Origin: Candidatus Cloacimonadales bacterium
GTDB lineage: Bacteria > Cloacimonadota > Cloacimonadia > Cloacimonadales > JAFGVF01
Direction of reading: 5' to 3'
DNA length: 64,000 nt
Assembly: GCA_963662585.1 (NCBI GenBank)
Contig: OY759729.1
Span: 2,560,001 to 2,624,000 of the forward strand
Under the pieces are notes generated by a model. That model ran no database searches. It was given only the letters and a program-made list of their open reading frames with translations, and was not told the DNA's origin. The translations under genes and the position numbers were made by a program. This document shows, piece after piece, positions 58,826 through 64,000 of the stretch; within the stretch, counting starts at the first letter, position 1, and each line of letters opens with the position of its first letter.

Positions 58826-60238
58826 ATGGTTAAAATTGACACACGCGGACTCGAATCATTTATCCCAGAACAAGAGATATTTGATTATTTAGAAAAAACT
58901 AAGAATCCTACTAAAGCTAGAGTAAAAGAGATTATTGCTAAATCACTTAACAAAAACAGATTAAGTCCTGAAGAAACAGCAACTTTGATTAATTGCGAAG
59001 ACCCTGAACTTATCCAGGAAATCTATAAAGGTGCTCGTGCATTAAAAGAGAAAATATATGGCAACAGAATTGTTTTATTTGCTCCGTTATATGTTGGGAA
59101 TGAATGTGTAAATGACTGTGCTTATTGTGGTTTTAGAATTTCTAATAAAGAGACTCATAGGAACACTTTAACTATGGATCAATTAGGTGAGGAAGTAGAA
59201 GCTTTAGAAGCACTTGGTCATAAACGCTTAATCATGGTTTATGGTGAACACCACATGTACTCTCCTGAATTTATCAGAGATACAGTGTTAAAGACTTATG
59301 CCACAAAAGTAGGTAAAGGTGAAATTCGTCGTGTTAACATTAATGCTGCACCTCTAGATATCGAAGGTTTTAAAACTGTTAAATCTTCAGGTATAGGAAC
59401 TTATCAGATTTTTCAAGAGACTTATCACCAAGAATCCTATAAGAAATTCCATCCATCAGGACCTAAAAGTAACTATTTATGGAGACTTTACGGCTTAGAT
59501 AGAGCTATGGAGGCAGGAATAGATGATCTTGGTATTGGTGCTTTAATGGGCTTGTATGATTGGAGATTTGAAGTTATGGGACTTCTCTATCATACTATTC
59601 ATTTAGAAAATAAGTATAACATTGGACCTCACACAATTTCTTTCCCTAGGATTGAACCTGCTAATAATACAGAAATTACTGAACAACCACCTTATGCTGT
59701 TTCAGATGATGATTTCAAGAAATTAGTAGCTATTCTGCGTTTAGCTGTACCTTACACTGGATTAATTCTAACTGCTAGAGAATCTATTGCTATCAGAAAT
59801 GAAGTGATTGCTTTTGGTGTATCCCAAATTGATGCTGGTTCTAGTATTGGTATTGGTGATTATTCTCATAAAGATGAAGAGAGCTTTAAGAAGAGTCAGT
59901 TTGTCTTAGGTGATCAGCGTTCACTTGATGATGTAATAAGAGAATTAGCAACTCATGGTTTCCTTCCTTCTTTCTGTACTGCCTGTTATCGTTTAGGTAG
60001 AACTGGAGAACATTTCATGGAGTTTGCTATCCCTGGTTTTGTTAAGAAGTTCTGTACTCCTAATGCTATATTAACAGTTTCAGAATATGTTCATGATTAT
60101 GCTACTGAAGAGACAATTAAGGCTGTTACTGAACAAATTCAGCGTGAAATAGAAGATTTTGAAGATGAGAAGATTAAACAAGAGCTTAAAGATAAGTTAG
60201 TAAGAGTGGCTAATGGAGAGCGCGATCTTTACTTCTAA
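58826..60238 (+). CDS. hydG: [FeFe]-hydrogenase H-cluster radical SAM maturase HydG
   Basis: FAPLY..ECVNDCAYCG; FQETY; C-terminal SFCTACYR...FCTPNA second-cluster motif (distinguishes it from ThiH); GERDLYF. Confidence 0.93.
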   Translation: MVKIDTRGLESFIPEQEIFDYLEKTKNPTKARVKEIIAKSLNKNRLSPEETATLINCEDPELIQEIYKGARALKEKIYGNRIVLFAPLYVGNECVNDCAYCGFRISNKETHRNTLTMDQLGEEVEALEALGHKRLIMVYGEHHMYSPEFIRDTVLKTYATKVGKGEIRRVNINAAPLDIEGFKTVKSSGIGTYQIFQETYHQESYKKFHPSGPKSNYLWRLYGLDRAMEAGIDDLGIGALMGLYDWRFEVMGLLYHTIHLENKYNIGPHTISFPRIEPANNTEITEQPPYAVSDDDFKKLVAILRLAVPYTGLILTARESIAIRNEVIAFGVSQIDAGSSIGIGDYSHKDEESFKKSQFVLGDQRSLDDVIRELATHGFLPSFCTACYRLGRTGEHFMEFAIPGFVKKFCTPNAILTVSEYVHDYATEETIKAVTEQIQREIEDFEDEKIKQELKDKLVRVANGERDLYF

Positions 60239-60368
60239 ATCAATGTAATACAGATAAATCAATAATTTAAGCTAACAGCTTTCTCTTATAAAAAAAGAAA
60301 AAATTCAACTTTTTCTTGACATAAAAGCAAGTTGTTAATAAAAAGGTTTTACTTATCTGAAAAGATGT

Positions 60369-60444
60369 GGCGGGATAGCTCAGTTGGTAGAGCAGAGGCC
60401 TGAAAAGCCTTGTGTCCCCAGTTCAAGTCTGGGTCTTGCCACCA
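60369..60444 (+). tRNA. tRNA-Phe(GAA)
   Basis: 76 nt cloverleaf, GAGGC-CTGAAAA-GCCTT anticodon arm, TTCAAGT T-loop, encoded CCA. Confidence 0.96.
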
Positions 60445-60469
60445 TTAAATTAAAGAAATGTACAAAATT

Positions 60470-60545
60470 GGCGGGATAGCTCAGTTGGTAGAGCAGAGGC
60501 CTGAAAAGCCTTGTGTCCCCAGTTCAAGTCTGGGTCTTGCCACCA
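60470..60545 (+). tRNA. tRNA-Phe(GAA), identical second copy
   Basis: Identical 76 nt sequence. Confidence 0.96.
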
Positions 60546-60553
60546 TAAATTAT

Positions 60554-60582
60554 GGCACTCAACATCGAGTGCCGTTTTTTTT
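60554..60582 (+). terminator. intrinsic terminator after the tRNAs
   Basis: GGCACTC-AACATC-GAGTGCC plus T run. Confidence 0.85.
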
Positions 60583-60614
60583 ATTAGAAACCGGATAATC
60601 TCTGAGGAGACAAA

Positions 60615-62153
60615 ATGTATTTAATCAAGAATATTTCAACCCGTTTAGCCCATCACCCTGATTTAGCAAAAGTAATAGCTCACAAATTCGAAATTACTGA
60701 ATCAGATTTTAGAATTGTTAATATTGTTCGTAGATCTATTGATAGTAGAAAGAGAAATAATGTATGGTTAAACTATACTGTAGAAGCTCAATTCTATGGT
60801 AAAGTACCAGTTCATAATGATATAGTAGAAGTTTTAGAAAAGAAAGAAAAGATGGTAGAAGCTATCAATCTATCAGATAAAAATCCTGTAATTATAGGGT
60901 GTGGTCCGTCATCTTTATTTGCTGGATTAGCTTTAATTGAAGAGGGATTTGCTCCTCATTTTTACGAACAAGGTGAGAGGATTGAAGCTCGTGATGAAAA
61001 GGTTGAATATCTTTGGTTACATAATCAACTTGACCCCAACTCAAATGTTCAGTTTGGTGAAGGTGGAGCCGGTGCCTATTCTGATGGAAAGTTAACTGCT
61101 CGTAATAGAGACAAATATTCTGATAAAATATATAACTATCTTACTCAATTTGGTGCTGATAAAAGAATCAGTATTGATGCTTTACCTCATCTTGGTACAG
61201 ATGGCATTAAGAAAGTTACGGCTAATATAATAAGTTATCTTGAAGAGAATGGAGCAGTCTTTCATTTTTCTCATAAGCTAACTGATATCAAGAGAGTTGA
61301 TAATCGCCTAGAGTTAACTATTAATAATGAAAAAATAACTCCGGAAATATGTCTTCTCGGTATAGGTAACTCAGCAAGAGAACTATTTACTAAAATGCAT
61401 GAGAATAATATAGCTATGGAAGCTAAATCTTTTGCTATTGGTTTCCGTATTGAACATAGTCAAGAGTTTCTTAACAATCTTTTCTATGGAGATAAGTGTG
61501 ATTTTAATGTTACTGGTCCAGCTACTTACAGATTAACTGCTAAAGCAGGGGAACATAGTGTTTATAGTTTCTGTATGTGTCCTGGTGGTTCTGTTGTTTG
61601 TGGTTCTTCAGAAGCAAACAGTATTGTTACTAATGGAATGAGTTTTTCAGAACGCGATGGTAGGTATGGTAATTCAGCTATAGTCGCCTCAATTGAACCA
61701 AGACATTTTGGTACAGATGTTTTAGCTGGTATGCAGTTACAGAGATCTATTGAAGAAAAAGCTTTTAGAGAATTTTATAATGCTCCTGCTCAGGTAGGTC
61801 GTGATTTCCTTAAAAATAAATTAACTGCTAAGTTACCTAAAACAACTTACAGGCCAGGTGTTTATAGCAGAAGTATGGGCGAATTATTCCCACTTTATGT
61901 TACTAAAGCATTAGTTACAGGAATGAAGCATCTAAATAAGAGATATCAAGGTTTTGTAGATAATGGTGTGCTTATAGGTCCTGAAACAAGAACATCTTCA
62001 CCTGTTAGAATCTTAAGAGATCATCAAACTTGCGAAAGTATTAATACACCAGGCTTATACCCAATTGGGGAAGGCGCTGGCTATGCAGGTGGAATTATCT
62101 CTTCAGCTGTAGATGGAATGAAGGTTGCTGGCAGATTTAAACTTAAGAAATAG
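60615..62153 (+). CDS. uncharacterised FAD-dependent oxidoreductase
   Basis: SNVQFGEGGAGAYSDGKL, PHLGTD, SFCMCPGG, ETRTSSPVRI, GEGAGYAGGIISSAVDG. Confidence 0.9.
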   Translation: MYLIKNISTRLAHHPDLAKVIAHKFEITESDFRIVNIVRRSIDSRKRNNVWLNYTVEAQFYGKVPVHNDIVEVLEKKEKMVEAINLSDKNPVIIGCGPSSLFAGLALIEEGFAPHFYEQGERIEARDEKVEYLWLHNQLDPNSNVQFGEGGAGAYSDGKLTARNRDKYSDKIYNYLTQFGADKRISIDALPHLGTDGIKKVTANIISYLEENGAVFHFSHKLTDIKRVDNRLELTINNEKITPEICLLGIGNSARELFTKMHENNIAMEAKSFAIGFRIEHSQEFLNNLFYGDKCDFNVTGPATYRLTAKAGEHSVYSFCMCPGGSVVCGSSEANSIVTNGMSFSERDGRYGNSAIVASIEPRHFGTDVLAGMQLQRSIEEKAFREFYNAPAQVGRDFLKNKLTAKLPKTTYRPGVYSRSMGELFPLYVTKALVTGMKHLNKRYQGFVDNGVLIGPETRTSSPVRILRDHQTCESINTPGLYPIGEGAGYAGGIISSAVDGMKVAGRFKLKK

Positions 62154-62188
62154 TTGAGATAAATAATTATTTAAGAAAATATATAGAG

Positions 62189-62216
62189 AAAAAGCTCCCA
62201 CTAAAATGGGAGCTTT
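62189..62216. terminator. bidirectional terminator
   Basis: AAAGCTCCCA-CTAAAA-TGGGAGCTTT between convergent genes. Confidence 0.8.
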
Positions 62217-62233
62217 AATTTATAGGAAGTTAT

Positions 62234-63049
62234 TTACTTCTGAATAATATGCACATCTGTTTGAGGGAAAGGAATATTGATTCCATTTGCATCAAAAGAT
62301 TTTTTTACATTTTCAATAACATCAAAGTGAACATTCCAGAATTCTGCCAAGGGCATCCAAGCACGAACTTTAATATTAACAGAACTATTAGCTAATTCAC
62401 CTACCCGAGCAAATGGAGCAGGATCTTTTAGGATTCTATTATCCTTTTCTAAAATATCTAAAATTAATTTCTTAGCTACTTCAAAATCATCACTATAAGC
62501 AATGCCAAATGTCCATTCATTTCTTCTAGTTTCTTGAGCAGTATAATTAACAATATTTCCATTTGATAATGGTCCATTTGGAATAATTATCTTTTTATTA
62601 TCTACGGTTTTTAGAATAGTATTGAATATTTGGATTGAATCAACAGTACCCATGAAACCTTGAGCTTCGATGAAATCTCCACTTTTAAAAGGTTTTAATA
62701 AGATGATTAATACTCCCCCAGAGAAGTTACTAAGACTACCTTGGAAGGCTAAACCAACAGCAAAAGCCATAGCACTCATGATTGCTATGAATGAGGTCAT
62801 CTGAACTCCAATCATAGTAGCTACACTTATTACAACAAGAACTTTCAATAATATTGAAATAATACTGATTAGGAATTCCAGAAGAGTTACCTCTACTTTA
62901 GCTCTTACTAGGGCTTTTCTAACGATTTTGGTTAAAACTTTAGCTAGCCAAAATCCGATTATTAGGGTAAGAATACCCAAGAGGACTTTTGGTGCGTACT
63001 GAATAGCCATATTTGTTATTTTTTCAACAATTGTTTCCCAATTTGGCAT
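62234..63049 (-). CDS. mscS: small-conductance mechanosensitive channel
   Basis: GLAFQGSLSNFSGG, KPFKSGD, IIPNG.L, IPFPQ. Confidence 0.95.
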   Translation of the reverse strand: MPNWETIVEKITNMAIQYAPKVLLGILTLIIGFWLAKVLTKIVRKALVRAKVEVTLLEFLISIISILLKVLVVISVATMIGVQMTSFIAIMSAMAFAVGLAFQGSLSNFSGGVLIILLKPFKSGDFIEAQGFMGTVDSIQIFNTILKTVDNKKIIIPNGPLSNGNIVNYTAQETRRNEWTFGIAYSDDFEVAKKLILDILEKDNRILKDPAPFARVGELANSSVNIKVRAWMPLAEFWNVHFDVIENVKKSFDANGINIPFPQTDVHIIQK

Positions 63050-63201
63050 AATTTGCTCCTTATTATTAATTGTTTATAATATGATTGTTTTTTTATAAAA
63101 GGCAATAAATTATTTTTTCTTTATTTTCACTCACAATGAAAAATCTTAGGGTAAAAAAAAAGAGGTTGTTTCCAACCTCAATTATTACTTATTAAATAAA
63201 C

Positions 63202-63471
63202 TTATTCTGCATTTATTTTAAATTCTTTGGCAAGATAAGCTGATATTCTAGCTTTTCTTCTAGAAGCAGTTCTCTTGTGAATAACATTACTTTTTGCAGC
63301 TTTATCTAATTTAGAAAATATTGTGCTAATAAGTTCTTTCTTCTCGTCTAATGAGATATTAGAATGCATCTTTTTATCAAGAGTAGATAAAGTTTTCTTC
63401 ACATAATGATTTCTCGCAGCTCTTTTGGCTTCCTGTCTTAATCTCTTTTCGGGAGACTTACTATTTGGCAT
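63202..63471 (-). CDS. rpsT: 30S ribosomal protein S20
   Basis: MPNSKSPEKR.RQ, LDKAA..NVIHKRTASRRKAR. Confidence 0.95.
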   Translation of the reverse strand: MPNSKSPEKRLRQEAKRAARNHYVKKTLSTLDKKMHSNISLDEKKELISTIFSKLDKAAKSNVIHKRTASRRKARISAYLAKEFKINAE

Positions 63472-63611
63472 TGTTCCTCCAATTAATCTATCTTTTATTT
63501 TTGAATTTAATTTTATATAAGTGAAAAAATAGAATTACCTTTTTCCTGTCAATAGTTTTTTTACTATTTTTTTATATATATGGAAAATAATCAGTTAGAA
63601 TTGTTTATTGT

Positions 63612-64000
63612 TCAATCTTTGGAGATTATTTTTGTTAAGATTTGATCAAGTTTATCTATTTGCTCAATAGTGGAATAGTTTTTGTTATTGGACAAATTAC
63701 TAGATAATTTCTTATTCCAGTGAGAATAAAAATTCTCGATATGAAGTTTTAAGCTGTTAACATCTGAATAGTTAGCACATTTCCCGGCATGACACTCTTG
63801 AATAATAGCATTGGCGTCTCCATCTTGGGGTCCTATGCAAAGGATAGGAACATTAGCGCCAAGATATTCAAATAGCTTGGTAGTTAGCATTCCTTTATTC
63901 TCTGGATAATCATTTATCAATAAAATTAATAATTCAGAGTTAATCATCTCTTCTATTGCTTCTGAATGTGGTAGGTAGTTTTTAATAATAATAGGAAAGT
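63612..64000 (-). CDS. glycosyltransferase (GT4-like) C-terminal part, truncated by window edge
   Basis: SELLILL...TTKLFEYLGANVPIL. Confidence 0.75.
   Translation of the reverse strand, partial: FPIIIKNYLPHSEAIEEMINSELLILLINDYPENKGMLTTKLFEYLGANVPILCIGPQDGDANAIIQECHAGKCANYSDVNSLKLHIENFYSHWNKKLSSNLSNNKNYSTIEQIDKLDQILTKIISKD

Noticed and set aside
58826..60238. thiH
   Set aside because: The C-terminal CxxC-x22-C motif and the TM1266 neighbour favour HydG; no thi genes nearby.

Overview
Low-GC bacterial chromosome segment, probably from an anaerobe of Candidatus Cloacimonadota or similar. This is an inference from several secreted proteins ending in an (N/A)(Y/F)PNPFNP/FlgD-like sorting domain, plus HydG, thiolase and ackA. 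It is mostly housekeeping: ackA, ndk, trmB, clpB, hslO, gcvH, gmk, rpoZ-like, udg, glmS, hydG, two tRNA-Phe, mscS, rpsT. It also carries a Septu/PtuAB-like ATPase-HNH pair and an ECF sigma module. Four features stand out. (1) An IS200/RAYT-type HUH Y1 transposase is enclosed by inverted tandem arrays of a 126-127 bp three-hairpin unit, a third array lies beyond clpB, and many GC-rich 'GGAN-foot + hairpin' REP-like families fill the intergenic spaces. (2) In an adjacent sensor kinase/receiver pair, both phospho-acceptors are replaced by Asn (H->N and D->N) while the ATP-binding boxes stay intact. (3) The leader before TM1266-hydG has a riboswitch-like terminator/antiterminator layout that I cannot assign to a known class. 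(4) A Cys-bearing porin-like gene, a secreted DNRLRE-like gene and an FMN-binding gene form an apparent operon. All calls come from reading the sequence; no database searches were run.
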